Below, one piece after another: positions 31,512 through 41,446 of a DNA stretch of 64,000 bases. The stretch's first letter is position 1. Every line of letters begins with the position of its first letter. Both the position numbers and the translations under genes were made by a program. Below the pieces are notes generated by a model. The model saw nothing but the letters and a program-made list of their open reading frames with translations, was not told the DNA's origin and made no database searches. The stretch spans positions 310,001 to 374,000 of the IMG/VR virus record IMGVR_UViG_3300042868_005134; one strand, given 5' to 3'.

Positions 31512-31671
31512 GTTTTGTCACAACTATTGCTCCGTTTTCCAGTTTGATGTCGAGTGTATCACCAGTCTTCCATCCTGTTTGTTCAATAATTTCCGGAGGA
31601 AATTTTAATAACACATTGTCGGGATCTCCTGGAATGTCTTCAAATATATCTTCTACGTTAAATGTTGGCAT
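31504..31671 (-). CDS. AbrB/MazE/SpoVT-like small protein (55 aa)
   Basis: Hand translation: ...[34 protein letters not shown]; AGGA RBS. Confidence 0.6.
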   Translation of the reverse strand: MPTFNVEDIFEDIPGDPDNVLLKFPPEIIEQTGWKTGDTLDIKLENGAIVVTKHE

Positions 31672-31737
31672 ATTGGTCCTGAAATTTCTTACTAGTATTT
31701 ACATTAATTAAATACAGTATACACTTTTTATCAACCA

Positions 31738-32487
31738 ATGTCAAACGCAATAATGCCAATCGATTACGAAAACATTTTAACAAATGGGATTACCATTTGT
31801 AGTTCAGGAACAAGCGGTCGACCATCTGCTTATTTTCAAACTCCAAAAAAACTCAAATGTGCCAATGACGTAGCAATCAATGTCCAACAATTAACCAAAG
31901 ATAGTAGAGTATACACTTGCTGTAGTTTGGAACATGCAGGTGGCCTTCTTGCTCAAACATTGCCAGCATTGAGTATAGGGGCAACAGTCGATGTAGTAAA
32001 GTTCAGTGCTTATGATTTTGTACGCGATGTTAACAAATATACGCATACTCATATAACACCGTTACATGCTAAAGCAATAATGCTTACTAAAGGATTCGAT
32101 ACCTTAGACCTACATGGCGTATGGGTTACATGTGGCGCAGATCCGGTTACGTGGAATATCATCGAAGCATTTGTACAGCGCGGTGCGACATTCATGACTA
32201 ATTGGGGAATGAGCGAAGTGGGTCCTATAGCTATTAATACTATTTTCGACAGTATGGAGAAAATTAATAAGTATAAAACACTCGCGCCCACTAATGCCAC
32301 TATTATGGGTGACCAATACTGGTGTAGCATAAATGTAGTTGACAACGAATTACGGGTCAAGGGTGACATTTGTATATTCGATAGTTGGTTTGAAACTAAG
32401 GATAAAGTGTGTATGATTAACGGCGTCATGTATTACATGGGCAGAACTAATAAGGAGGTAGACTTATGGTCTCCGAAGAAAGGTTAA
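31738..32487 (+). CDS. Minimal adenylate-forming (AMP-binding) enzyme
   Basis: SSGTSGRP loop, WGMSE, WFETKD, MGR; only 249 aa. Confidence 0.75.
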   Translation: MSNAIMPIDYENILTNGITICSSGTSGRPSAYFQTPKKLKCANDVAINVQQLTKDSRVYTCCSLEHAGGLLAQTLPALSIGATVDVVKFSAYDFVRDVNKYTHTHITPLHAKAIMLTKGFDTLDLHGVWVTCGADPVTWNIIEAFVQRGATFMTNWGMSEVGPIAINTIFDSMEKINKYKTLAPTNATIMGDQYWCSINVVDNELRVKGDICIFDSWFETKDKVCMINGVMYYMGRTNKEVDLWSPKKG

Positions 32488-33056
32488 AAACAGTCCAATA
32501 CTCTCCAGAGCATTTGGAATCATTAAAAATATTTTGCGAAAAGTGTAGGCTTGAGGGCAATTTAAATAATAGCTCATTAAAAGCTATGCGATTAGAATGG
32601 GCATTAGAAACCGGGGGACAGTTTTTCTTGACTTATTTAGACGATGAACTTATCAGTGTCAGCGGCTGTCATCCATTGCCAGCGGCAGGCCCTGGAATAT
32701 TTAGAGTCTTATTTAGAGGTATAGAACTTGCCGAGTACCGCAATGTATTCGATATTGTTAGTAAGTCCCATATGTCATCTATTCCATTTTATTACCATTT
32801 ACCATTACAGCGTGAGTGGGCTAAACAACAGGGTGCTGAAACATTAGTTATTACTACTAATAAACAAAATCCTGACGGTATTGTTTCAATGGATCAAAGT
32901 CATAGGGTATTTCAATTACTAGAAAAACAAGGCATGGTAACTTGCTTAACAGAAAGTATTATGCTTTTTGATACTGAGCAATCTATATGGGGTATAAATT
33001 TAGATTATTACGATACTGCCCGTGAAGGATTCCGAGAAAGAAATGGATTACGCTAA
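32466..33056 (+). CDS. GNAT-like acyltransferase
   Basis: FFLTYLDDELISVSGC...FRVLFRG...YR...WAKQQG pattern. Confidence 0.55.
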   Translation: MVSEERLKTVQYSPEHLESLKIFCEKCRLEGNLNNSSLKAMRLEWALETGGQFFLTYLDDELISVSGCHPLPAAGPGIFRVLFRGIELAEYRNVFDIVSKSHMSSIPFYYHLPLQREWAKQQGAETLVITTNKQNPDGIVSMDQSHRVFQLLEKQGMVTCLTESIMLFDTEQSIWGINLDYYDTAREGFRERNGLR

Positions 33057-33852
33057 CAGTGATAAATTAATTTTTATTTTAGCAAGCCCCGGTGGCAGCG
33101 GCCACCGCCTTGGCAGAATAGTGTCCTGTTTTGACAATGTCTATTGGTATAATAATAAGACTCACAACGGAATCACTCCCTGGGATGTTTTTCATACTAA
33201 CTTAGTAAAGGGAAAAACAATCAGTCCTCATCATTTTGATAGACGTACTACTAAGAACATGATCCCATTAATGGGAGAACGAATTGAAAAGTTTTGGGCT
33301 GACGAATTTGTACATATTTTATACGAAACACGTTGGCCAGACGCAATGGCAGCGGCAGGTGCAGATGAAATTCTCAACGAGGGTAAACATTTAGTCTGGG
33401 TATTACATGATATAGGCGATTATCTGCTGACTCATTTCCCTAATGCTAAGATTATTAATCTAATAGATCAAAATGTTGAATACATAGTTGACAGGTACAT
33501 TAACACAACAGCACTATTTCCAATTAACATAGAAAACAAAAGTTTAAAACCTATCGCAGGTAAGGAAAGCAAGTTTGCATTATCGTTAGCCAAGTTGCTG
33601 GATATAAATCCAATCCCGACACATCGCGATTATTGGGCATGGTCGACACACGGAGACACGGTGTATTCTTCCGTGTATGATTCCGAGTATTACGATTATG
33701 TGGCAACAATTTTGACCACACAACACATTGAGCGTATAAAGAAAAATCCCAAGTACATTAATGTAACTTGGGATAATCTAGATTTAGAACTTATAAAATC
33801 TTTTATAGGCGCAACATCGATAGATCTTAATTATAAAAATCTTATGAAATAA
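33043..33852 (+). CDS. Sulfotransferase-like/P-loop protein
   Basis: IFILASPGGSGHRL; FPNAKII. Confidence 0.5.
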   Translation: MDYANSDKLIFILASPGGSGHRLGRIVSCFDNVYWYNNKTHNGITPWDVFHTNLVKGKTISPHHFDRRTTKNMIPLMGERIEKFWADEFVHILYETRWPDAMAAAGADEILNEGKHLVWVLHDIGDYLLTHFPNAKIINLIDQNVEYIVDRYINTTALFPINIENKSLKPIAGKESKFALSLAKLLDINPIPTHRDYWAWSTHGDTVYSSVYDSEYYDYVATILTTQHIERIKKNPKYINVTWDNLDLELIKSFIGATSIDLNYKNLMK

Positions 33853-34444
33853 TTTCCCAACACATTGCTTCTATATTACTAGTTAGAGGAGCATTCCCTC
33901 CGTTAAATAATTCTGCGTTAAATGGTTGCCAGTCGTGTACAATATGAAGGTTATTTATAGCGTTAGCTTGATTTGTAAGTTTGCCCATTCTAATTTCTAC
34001 AAATTTCAATGCTTGTTCTATAGTAGTTATTGAATCGCCGTATTCTTCAATAATTCTATGGTTACCGGCTTGGGAACAGTTATTAGACATATCGATTAAA
34101 CATTCAGCAGTTACTCTTGTATCGGTTGGTCTAAAAAACCATAATCGAGATCCTATCGCCGCTTTTTCCATCACCGTTTTAGTTGTATTTTTAAATCCAA
34201 AGAATCCTAAATTACATACTGTTTTATTGTCGACTATATTAAACATTTTGGACAATACAGTATCTAGTGTATCTGCTCTGTTTAATGGTTCTCTCATTAA
34301 GGGGCCCGTGATCATCTGTATATTAGTAAGAGCAAGTTCTTGTTGTAACTTGTTATTATTTGGTAACGCAATGGAAGGTCCTCCTACCATATCATCAACT
34401 AACTTATGTGTCCCTTCTATACCTACAAATATATTAATTTTCAT
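33842..34444 (-). CDS. Hypothetical protein
   Basis: 200 aa ORF coupled to the upstream gene. Confidence 0.55.
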   Translation of the reverse strand: MKINIFVGIEGTHKLVDDMVGGPSIALPNNNKLQQELALTNIQMITGPLMREPLNRADTLDTVLSKMFNIVDNKTVCNLGFFGFKNTTKTVMEKAAIGSRLWFFRPTDTRVTAECLIDMSNNCSQAGNHRIIEEYGDSITTIEQALKFVEIRMGKLTNQANAINNLHIVHDWQPFNAELFNGGNAPLTSNIEAMCWEIIS

Positions 34445-35306
34445 GTTTTTCCTTTATTATACGATTATAATGCTCTAACTTTTCGATACCGAACTCATCT
34501 ACAATCTTTTGTTCAACTGCGGACCATTCATATTGTCTTTGAAATTGATAAGCACATTTAATAAGTGAATGATCAAACTCTTCTGCGCTGTTAAATTTAG
34601 TGGAAATATTTTTATTATAAATTCCAATAGCCGATACAGAAGCTTTAGAATGGAATTCATCTGCTTGCTTAACTATATCGTAAATTAAGTCATAGTCTGC
34701 CTGAGTTAATTTATCAAAATATTCAATCTCATCAGTAAACGCTAAATCTTTTATTAATGAATCGTAGTTTTCATGAAATTTAAATTTTATCAAGTGACGT
34801 CTTGCGAAATCTGTGATGGTCTTATTATTCTCTTGAATAACGTCGTACATATATTCATCATTTTGATACCATTGATACGATGGAAATGTTATATCGAACC
34901 CACCATTATACATCCACCATTTGTAAGAGGCGGCGTCACCGTTATAAAACAACATAATACTAGCATCTGGAAAATTAGATACTAACCAATCTAGATTTTT
35001 ATTATGGCAGAACCAATGCGATTTGATTATCTTTACACCAGTGTCCCAATTTGAGAATGGCTTTTTAATTTCTGCCAAGAACTCTTCTTTAGTTAGCTTT
35101 GATAAGTCTTCAAAGTTTTCGCCGATTTCGTTGTACGGTCCAAAGTATGCACCAAAGTGATGTACTGCCCTAGTAAAGTTTTGTTTTTTTACATTGGCGG
35201 CGTCGGAGTTATTTATTGCGGGGTGAAGTGATAATAAAGATAACACTCTAGTCCATCTGGATCCAGGTGCCCCTGCCGCAAAAATTAAATCGTGTCCGTT
35301 ACTCAT
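34434..35306 (-). CDS. Sulfotransferase-like/P-loop protein
   Basis: IFAAGAPGSRW, HFGAYFG, IKSHWF, FPDA; paralogue of 59551. Confidence 0.6.
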   Translation of the reverse strand: MSNGHDLIFAAGAPGSRWTRVLSLLSLHPAINNSDAANVKKQNFTRAVHHFGAYFGPYNEIGENFEDLSKLTKEEFLAEIKKPFSNWDTGVKIIKSHWFCHNKNLDWLVSNFPDASIMLFYNGDAASYKWWMYNGGFDITFPSYQWYQNDEYMYDVIQENNKTITDFARRHLIKFKFHENYDSLIKDLAFTDEIEYFDKLTQADYDLIYDIVKQADEFHSKASVSAIGIYNKNISTKFNSAEEFDHSLIKCAYQFQRQYEWSAVEQKIVDEFGIEKLEHYNRIIKEKHEN

Positions 35307-35307
35307 A

Positions 35308-35976
35308 TTATACTTCAAATGTATGTTTATTTTTGGCAGCAGATAAAAATTCAATTGTTTTTGTTGTCAGTGTGCCCGTTGTTAGTAAACTAACTCGCGG
35401 AGTCAATCCTGCGTTAGCGGAAGAGTGCGGAACATTATGCCAGTCAAATGTATGAATGTCACCTGCTTTCCAACCTTGATATGTAAAGTTTCCGTACTGA
35501 CTGAAATGTCCTTGATCCCAATCTGTTAATTGTATCATGATTCTCATAATTTTACTAGGATCTTCAGGATTAAACTTTTCTAATTTATCTAGGTGTTTAT
35601 TGAATACTTGCCCTGGCATTTGAACATGTATTCTGTCCATCCTATTAGCCAATCCAATAACGTCACACATCTTTTTAAATATGTCAGGTAGCTTGTAATC
35701 GAAATTGCTAATAATCAGTTCAGGATTAGCGCCTGCTACTTCTAAGTCATATTCTTCAGAAGCAAGTTCTTCTTCGGGGCGAGACGGCTTGTTAGGATCC
35801 CCGCGTGTTCTCCAAGATACTGGTTTAGATGTTTCTTTGACAACTTCTAACTCTTTACTCCAGTCTCCTGCAAATTTTCCTAACTCAATTATACAGTCCC
35901 ACTTAGGGTCTATTACTGTGGTATCGAAATGATATTGTGATTTAACTTTTAATTTTTCCCAGTTACTATTATTCAT
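35308..35976 (-). CDS. 2OG-Fe(II) oxygenase-like (Asp-hydroxylase-like)
   Basis: PGQVFNKHLD...WKAGD...PHSSANAGLTPR (HxD...H...R). Confidence 0.7.
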   Translation of the reverse strand: MNNSNWEKLKVKSQYHFDTTVIDPKWDCIIELGKFAGDWSKELEVVKETSKPVSWRTRGDPNKPSRPEEELASEEYDLEVAGANPELIISNFDYKLPDIFKKMCDVIGLANRMDRIHVQMPGQVFNKHLDKLEKFNPEDPSKIMRIMIQLTDWDQGHFSQYGNFTYQGWKAGDIHTFDWHNVPHSSANAGLTPRVSLLTTGTLTTKTIEFLSAAKNKHTFEV

Positions 35977-36592
35977 CTTTATTTTCCCATATTGCGTATT
36001 GTTCGTATTTCTTAAGACTACGTGCTATTAAATTTTCATGTTTGACCGGATCAACCCATCCATGACAAAATAATATATATCGATCCTTTGGTATCCCTGT
36101 ATTAGTATGTAATGTTGTTGTGTGTCCTAACACATAGCAGTCGGTGTCCTCTGGCATAGTTGGACGAAGTATATCGTCTTTGACTCTTACTTCTAATTCG
36201 CCAGAACGCGATCCTTGTATCACAATCCTATATCCGCAAGGTTCGAATTGTTGATTGTGTGTGTATAATTCTGGATTACGATCTGGTGATCTAAAATCAA
36301 TATGCCACGTAGATTCTTTAATAACATTATGCATTTTGATAGTTACCAGTTTTGTAAACGGAAGATACAAGTCCACATATTCTTTTAATTTTTGCTGACT
36401 ATATGTTAGGTCGTTGCGCCAAGTCGCGTCTTTATAATTATGATAATCTTCATTTGAGTCACACACTGTCAACCGCTGAGCAGCGAATGCCAACGCCGAT
36501 GGCGGGATAAATTCACATTTAAAATCTTGGACTATTTCTTTACAATATTCAAACTTAGGAATATCTATAGGTAGCCAGTGTAGTCTTTTCAA
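35969..36592 (-). CDS. 2OG-Fe(II) oxygenase-like protein
   Basis: WHID...LH...R pattern. Confidence 0.5.
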   Translation of the reverse strand: MKRLHWLPIDIPKFEYCKEIVQDFKCEFIPPSALAFAAQRLTVCDSNEDYHNYKDATWRNDLTYSQQKLKEYVDLYLPFTKLVTIKMHNVIKESTWHIDFRSPDRNPELYTHNQQFEPCGYRIVIQGSRSGELEVRVKDDILRPTMPEDTDCYVLGHTTTLHTNTGIPKDRYILFCHGWVDPVKHENLIARSLKKYEQYAIWENKDE

Positions 36593-37209
36593 AATTTATA
36601 TCCTATTAACATGAATCGTTTATATTGATCTAAGTCTAATGTACCTGCGTATAAAATATCCAGCGGATACTTTGTTTTCATTTCTTCTACATTGTCGCAT
36701 AAATTAGCGTGATCTTCCGCTGGCATATTTGTACTGTGTAATATAACTAACGAACCAGTTCCTATACCGTCGAACCACGTATTATTTATAATATGCTCAG
36801 AACTAGGGTTAATTATCAACTCGTAATCGTTAAGATTTATGTCATTGACATCTGCGGTAACATGTTTAAATTGTTTATTAAATCTATTTAAATGTTTAGC
36901 AAACACTGTTAATCTACCATCAGGATCTACTTCTGTTATATTGGTGAATCCTAACTTCCATAAGCAGAAAGAAGTAAATCCAAACCAGGATCCTATAACT
37001 AATACGGGTACAGTTTTGTCTAGGCAATAATTTTTTAACTCATCTAGCAACCACGTTTTCCCCTGCATTTGTTTTATTCTAAATGCGTCTCGCATTTCTG
37101 TTAACGATGTTGAAGAAAATGCGTCTGGGTTATAAAGAGAATTCATAACTTCGGGAATATACGAAGCAACTAACGAGTAGTCTAAATCTGATCCTTTTAA
37201 ATTATTCAT
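36589..37209 (-). CDS. Methyltransferase-like protein
   Basis: GKTWL, VLVIGSWFG, INPSSEH, RFMLIG. Confidence 0.6.
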   Translation of the reverse strand: MNNLKGSDLDYSLVASYIPEVMNSLYNPDAFSSTSLTEMRDAFRIKQMQGKTWLLDELKNYCLDKTVPVLVIGSWFGFTSFCLWKLGFTNITEVDPDGRLTVFAKHLNRFNKQFKHVTADVNDINLNDYELIINPSSEHIINNTWFDGIGTGSLVILHSTNMPAEDHANLCDNVEEMKTKYPLDILYAGTLDLDQYKRFMLIGYKF

Positions 37210-37894
37210 GTTGTCTAGAATTAAAATGAGTAATTAGCCATTTATAATCATTTATTTTATACAATAAATCTAAATCGTCATTACACAAGTTTACATACTG
37301 TTCTGCATCAAGGTAACCTCTATAGCACCATATCGCATTGTTTGTGCCGTTATCTAAATGTTGGTATGATTTCCATATGTCTAAATATTTTTCAACGTTT
37401 ACTGCTAATGGACGATCTCTAAAGATCTTAGATAATAACTTAACGCAATGCCTAAAAGAAGTTTTCCAAGCATCGTATGGTATAGTGTTATATCTAGTAA
37501 TTGATAAAACTTTATCCGGACTAATTTTTGCAGCAGTTGCAGCAACAGAAAAATCTCCCTGGCTCATGTCAGTATTAACAAAACAATCTTTTCGCCATAG
37601 TTTAACTCCGCCATTTTTTACACGTATATCGAGTACCGGATCCAGAGCGTAGAACCATAATAAATCTCTCGCAGGATCTGGCTCCCAATCTAAGGTTTCA
37701 GTTAGCCAGTTATCTCCGTCAATAGTCCAGAAATGTTCAGTCGTTGATAACGCATTACATGCCATATGTGCTTTATCAATTCCCAAGATACCATGTATTC
37801 TTTTTGCGGCTGGATGAAGTTCAAGTACACGTAACCAATTTTCTTCTTGATTGGCTTCATTAAATGTAATATGAAAAATATCAAACGTAGTCAT
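37202..37894 (-). CDS. Glycosyltransferase-like protein (GT-A)
   Basis: GIDKAH...FWTIDGDN (DxD), GGVKLW, AWKTSFR. Confidence 0.6.
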   Translation of the reverse strand: MTTFDIFHITFNEANQEENWLRVLELHPAAKRIHGILGIDKAHMACNALSTTEHFWTIDGDNWLTETLDWEPDPARDLLWFYALDPVLDIRVKNGGVKLWRKDCFVNTDMSQGDFSVAATAAKISPDKVLSITRYNTIPYDAWKTSFRHCVKLLSKIFRDRPLAVNVEKYLDIWKSYQHLDNGTNNAIWCYRGYLDAEQYVNLCNDDLDLLYKINDYKWLITHFNSRQHE

Positions 37895-38478
37895 TCATCG
37901 TCCTTTAAGTCAGCAACCAACCAACCGATTTTAAATAAGTCATCGGTTATCTCGTCAGTAACTACACTTTCAGGAACATAGGCAGCAACTTTCTTACGAA
38001 TTATTTCTTGTTCTATAGTTAGTTCTTGTCCGTCATCTTGATCATCTAGGTACCCGTCATTGCGTATACCGCTACAGTACCAATCAATATAATCACCTTC
38101 TTCTCTCATATCGGCAATTATGCCACCGGCATGTCTCCAACTACAACTCCATCGTTCGTCTTTCAAAATAGGCCACATCTCGCGTTTAGTGAATTCATTA
38201 TTACACATGGCAGCATATAGATGTTGGGCATATACTTGATCTCCTCGAACTTTTTCTAACATCCATTCACAAGTTCTTAAATCGTACTCCATATTATGTT
38301 TTTGCCATGCTGGATTATCTTCCTGTTCCTCGGCTTGCTCTGTCCAGCTATTGTAAAATTTAATCATGCTTACTACATCTGGATCTTGGAGACTTGTGCC
38401 TTTTTGTTCTATTCGAGCAATATAATTATTACGTTGAAAAGTGAATCGCTCACTGCTTTTAGATATTTTTTTTGACAT
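37891..38478 (-). CDS. Hypothetical phage protein
   Basis: YAQHLYAAMCNN...WSCSWR...GDYIDWYCSG. Confidence 0.7.
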   Translation of the reverse strand: MSKKISKSSERFTFQRNNYIARIEQKGTSLQDPDVVSMIKFYNSWTEQAEEQEDNPAWQKHNMEYDLRTCEWMLEKVRGDQVYAQHLYAAMCNNEFTKREMWPILKDERWSCSWRHAGGIIADMREEGDYIDWYCSGIRNDGYLDDQDDGQELTIEQEIIRKKVAAYVPESVVTDEITDDLFKIGWLVADLKDDE

Positions 38479-38483
38479 ATACT

Positions 38484-38512
38484 ATTATATAGCATACATA
38501 AATTTTAGTCAA
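38484..38512 (-). promoter_or_regulatory. sigma70-type promoter
   Basis: TTGACT-17 nt-TATAAT. Confidence 0.65.
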
Positions 38513-38539
38513 AAAAATAGGCACCAAAGTGCCTATTTT
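38511..38539 (-). terminator. Intrinsic terminator
   Basis: AAATAGGCAC/GTGCCTATTT hairpin followed by a T-run on the minus strand. Confidence 0.8.
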
Positions 38540-38541
38540 AA

Positions 38542-39258
38542 TTATTGTTCTAGGAAAGATACTACTGCTCGCCTGGCTTCTGCTGAAGATACAGTTCCGT
38601 GTCCTTGTCCGTTTAATAGAACTAATTTACCATTTGTCCTGTCACCCCACTGTGAATCGCATTGAAAGCCTCCGTTAGCAAAATACGGATCGTTACCCCA
38701 AGATATAGCTATGATTGGTGTATTAGCACTAGCCATCACACCTAAGCTACATACAAATCCAGACACAATGACGCCTTTAAATCCCATATCGGGAGTGCGT
38801 GTCGCGGCCATAGCACCTTCGCTATGTCCCATTAAAAAAATACGTTTTTTGTCTGCCCATTTCATAGTTTGAAGTTGAGACATGGCATACGCTACTTCTG
38901 CTGGCCTAAGCCTGTTAACAGGTACTAATCTTAAATTGTTAATTCTCTCTGTGGTAGAGCAGTTAACAACTCGATTAGGTATTGCGAAAGAATCAGGTAA
39001 CACTACAATATATCCATTATCTTTCAGCAAACGAGCCCACTGTGTTTCCTCTTGTGTAATGCCTGTACACCCGTGCATCAAGACAACAACAGGCAGTGGA
39101 CTGGTTACTTCCACAGTACTAATTTGTTTGGTAAAGAAATTTCCAGGAACATGTACTTCGGCCTTTTCCCAGGATTTACTAATGTCGTAGGCTTCTAACG
39201 GCAATGCGTTAACAGAACTAGCTAATAAGAATAACAATGTAGCAATAATTTTAGACAT
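38542..39258 (-). CDS. Secreted alpha/beta hydrolase (dienelactone hydrolase-like)
   Basis: Signal peptide; MHGCTG; GHSEG nucleophile elbow; C-terminal GHG. Confidence 0.8.
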   Translation of the reverse strand: MSKIIATLLFLLASSVNALPLEAYDISKSWEKAEVHVPGNFFTKQISTVEVTSPLPVVVLMHGCTGITQEETQWARLLKDNGYIVVLPDSFAIPNRVVNCSTTERINNLRLVPVNRLRPAEVAYAMSQLQTMKWADKKRIFLMGHSEGAMAATRTPDMGFKGVIVSGFVCSLGVMASANTPIIAISWGNDPYFANGGFQCDSQWGDRTNGKLVLLNGQGHGTVSSAEARRAVVSFLEQ

Positions 39259-39712
39259 ACCAAATTTCCTTAAATCCTTCTTCTTCTGTTGGATCTTCCC
39301 AGCTAGCAATCATGCTGGCAATAACATGATCCGGAATCTCTTTGCCAGGGCGGCCCATCAATCGTCGCATTAGTTCCGTATGCTCAGGTGTCTTAAACAC
39401 CACGGCAATATGCTCATAGTCTGTTAACATGTTAAACTTGCGAGCACGACTTTTAACGGTAGTGCTTGTTTGATCCCAAATGATGTCGCGATTCATTTCA
39501 CGAGCCACAACAACTTCTTTTGCCATAAGGTCTACGGCAGTGGGCATAAAGTCTACAAACACTTCACTGTAGGTGCGTCCTACTTCCTTTGCGTAGATTT
39601 CAACCCATTTGTCTGTACTAATATGGGCACAGGTTAACGCCCAGTCTTGTTCAGCTACCCAGGTAGATTTTCCGCTACCTGGGACTCCAATTAGTTGATA
39701 ACACTTTGGCAT
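39251..39712 (-). CDS. P-loop kinase (AAA_33, polynucleotide kinase-like)
   Basis: GVPGSGKST, ISTD, IIWDQT. Confidence 0.8.
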   Translation of the reverse strand: MPKCYQLIGVPGSGKSTWVAEQDWALTCAHISTDKWVEIYAKEVGRTYSEVFVDFMPTAVDLMAKEVVVAREMNRDIIWDQTSTTVKSRARKFNMLTDYEHIAVVFKTPEHTELMRRLMGRPGKEIPDHVIASMIASWEDPTEEEGFKEIWYV

Positions 39713-39720
39713 AATACTCC

Positions 39721-40323
39721 TTACATTGTTGGGCCGTTGCCGTTTTTAAAACCTACACTGCCACCTTCGGCTTCGATACGAGCAATAACATCTTCGAACA
39801 AGATAGGTTCAAAGTCAGTTTGCTCCACGCAAACACAATGATAACGAACATCGTTCTCATCGCTGTATAAAACTTCGCCAGTTCTAGCATCAACACCGCG
39901 AGCCTTCTTCACACGGTTGGCGTGAGTGTGTCCGTGAATGTTAACTCCAAAACGACCCATGCTATCACTATGTAACGGGATATGGCTCAAGATCATTCCG
40001 TTCATAACATGATATGCTCGTAATTCACGGAAGTAAGTCCTATACTCGTCATCACGGAAGATGTCGTGGTTACCGCGGATTAAGACCTTGTCACCGTTTA
40101 AGCGACCTAATGTCTTTAATGCCTTACGGTTAATGACCGCATCACCTAAGTGATAAACTTTATCAGTTGGCTTAACTTTGGCGTTCCATTTAGCAACCAT
40201 GGCTTCGTCCATTTCCTCTGGACTGTCCCATGGCCTTAACTTGGTAACACCGTCGTTACGTGTGAAGCGACATACACCCATGTGACCAAAGTGTGTGTCG
40301 CTTACTAAAAATACACTAGGCAT
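39721..40323 (-). CDS. Calcineurin-like phosphoesterase
   Basis: SDTHFGH, HLGD, GNHD, SHIP, HGHTH. Confidence 0.9.
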   Translation of the reverse strand: MPSVFLVSDTHFGHMGVCRFTRNDGVTKLRPWDSPEEMDEAMVAKWNAKVKPTDKVYHLGDAVINRKALKTLGRLNGDKVLIRGNHDIFRDDEYRTYFRELRAYHVMNGMILSHIPLHSDSMGRFGVNIHGHTHANRVKKARGVDARTGEVLYSDENDVRYHCVCVEQTDFEPILFEDVIARIEAEGGSVGFKNGNGPTM

Positions 40324-40338
40324 ATTGCCCTCCTTTCT

Positions 40339-40509
40339 TTAATAAATTTCTTTTACAATTTTAAATTCTGTTCCTGGATACTTTGCTTTGAATTCGTCAG
40401 TTTTAACATAGTCGTTAAACTCTTTTGCGTTAAAAAACACTCGATGAAAAACTGATTTGTGATCCAGAGTAGTTACTGTGAGGTAAACTGATTTTGCTTT
40501 GCCAGCCAT
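40339..40509 (-). CDS. Hypothetical protein (56 aa)
   Basis: AAGGA RBS; MAGKAKSVYLTV...IVKEIY. Confidence 0.55.
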   Translation of the reverse strand: MAGKAKSVYLTVTTLDHKSVFHRVFFNAKEFNDYVKTDEFKAKYPGTEFKIVKEIY

Positions 40510-40521
40510 TAAAGTGTCCTT

Positions 40522-40923
40522 TTATTCAATTGCTTTTCTAAAAACTATCTCTTGTCGGGCAAAAGCATCTTGTTCCCAAGGCTGATCCAGATATTTTGTT
40601 CGTTTAGTGTAGCGTTTGCCGCACCAATAATTTACACCATTCTTTACTTTAAGAATGCCTTTGGCAAATTGGCGTACATGGACCATCTCGTGTGCCAGCG
40701 TAACTCCGATAGACTTGATAGACATAGTGGGTTTAATAACTATTACATAGCTATCCAAAATGTCCACAGGAACAGTATAACCCATTCCTTCACAATCTTG
40801 TTCTAATCGAATAACCAGCGACTTCCTAGTGTTGGTTAAGCCCAATTGCTCAACTATCGAAGGAAGAATAGCTTCGATAAACTTTTTCTTCGTTCGACTA
40901 CGTGCTTCTACAAGATAATCCAT
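40522..40923 (-). CDS. HEXXH metallopeptidase-like protein
   Basis: TLAHEMVHVRQ...QPWEQDA. Confidence 0.75.
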   Translation of the reverse strand: MDYLVEARSRTKKKFIEAILPSIVEQLGLTNTRKSLVIRLEQDCEGMGYTVPVDILDSYVIVIKPTMSIKSIGVTLAHEMVHVRQFAKGILKVKNGVNYWCGKRYTKRTKYLDQPWEQDAFARQEIVFRKAIE

Positions 40924-40948
40924 GCTCGCTCCTTGTTAGTGTAAATGT

Positions 40949-40977
40949 ATTATAACACAGAACTCGCGGTCAGTCAA
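40949..40977 (-). promoter_or_regulatory. sigma70-type promoter
   Basis: TTGACT-17 nt-TATAAT. Confidence 0.7.
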
Positions 40978-41437
40978 CCGATCTAAAAGTTCTCCAGTCG
41001 TCTAAATTAGGCTTTTCGTCCGAATCGTATGTCCAGCCGAGGGCTTTCATCATACGATGCTTGACCAAAAGATTTGGACTACGGAATCGACCCGTATCTT
41101 CAAAACCCAACATGACTCCAAGCTCACAAACCGCACCCGATCTGCAAACGCCGGCGTAGCAATGAACTACAACGTTCATACGGTTAGCCAAAGCGTGTTG
41201 TAGCAGTCGAACAAGTTCAGCGGCCTGCTCATGACTACACCGCATGGCTTCGTCTAATGCAAAGTCCTTTTCTTCTATGTCTAAAAATTCAAAGTTATGT
41301 TGTTCTTTGAACTTGTGTGCGGGTACGGGGCGCCAGCTGGCTGGATCAACAATGCTGATCAGCATACTGTTCTCTCCGGCTTCGTGATGGAACCTTGTGG
41401 GTATATCAGCAGCCGCTACGTTTTCAATCCATGGCAT
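40970..41437 (-). CDS. Cys-based (tyrosine/dual-specificity) phosphatase-like protein
   Basis: VHCYAGVCRSGA = HCX5R. Confidence 0.85.
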   Translation of the reverse strand: MPWIENVAAADIPTRFHHEAGENSMLISIVDPASWRPVPAHKFKEQHNFEFLDIEEKDFALDEAMRCSHEQAAELVRLLQHALANRMNVVVHCYAGVCRSGAVCELGVMLGFEDTGRFRSPNLLVKHRMMKALGWTYDSDEKPNLDDWRTFRSVD

Positions 41438-41446
41438 ATATGCCTC

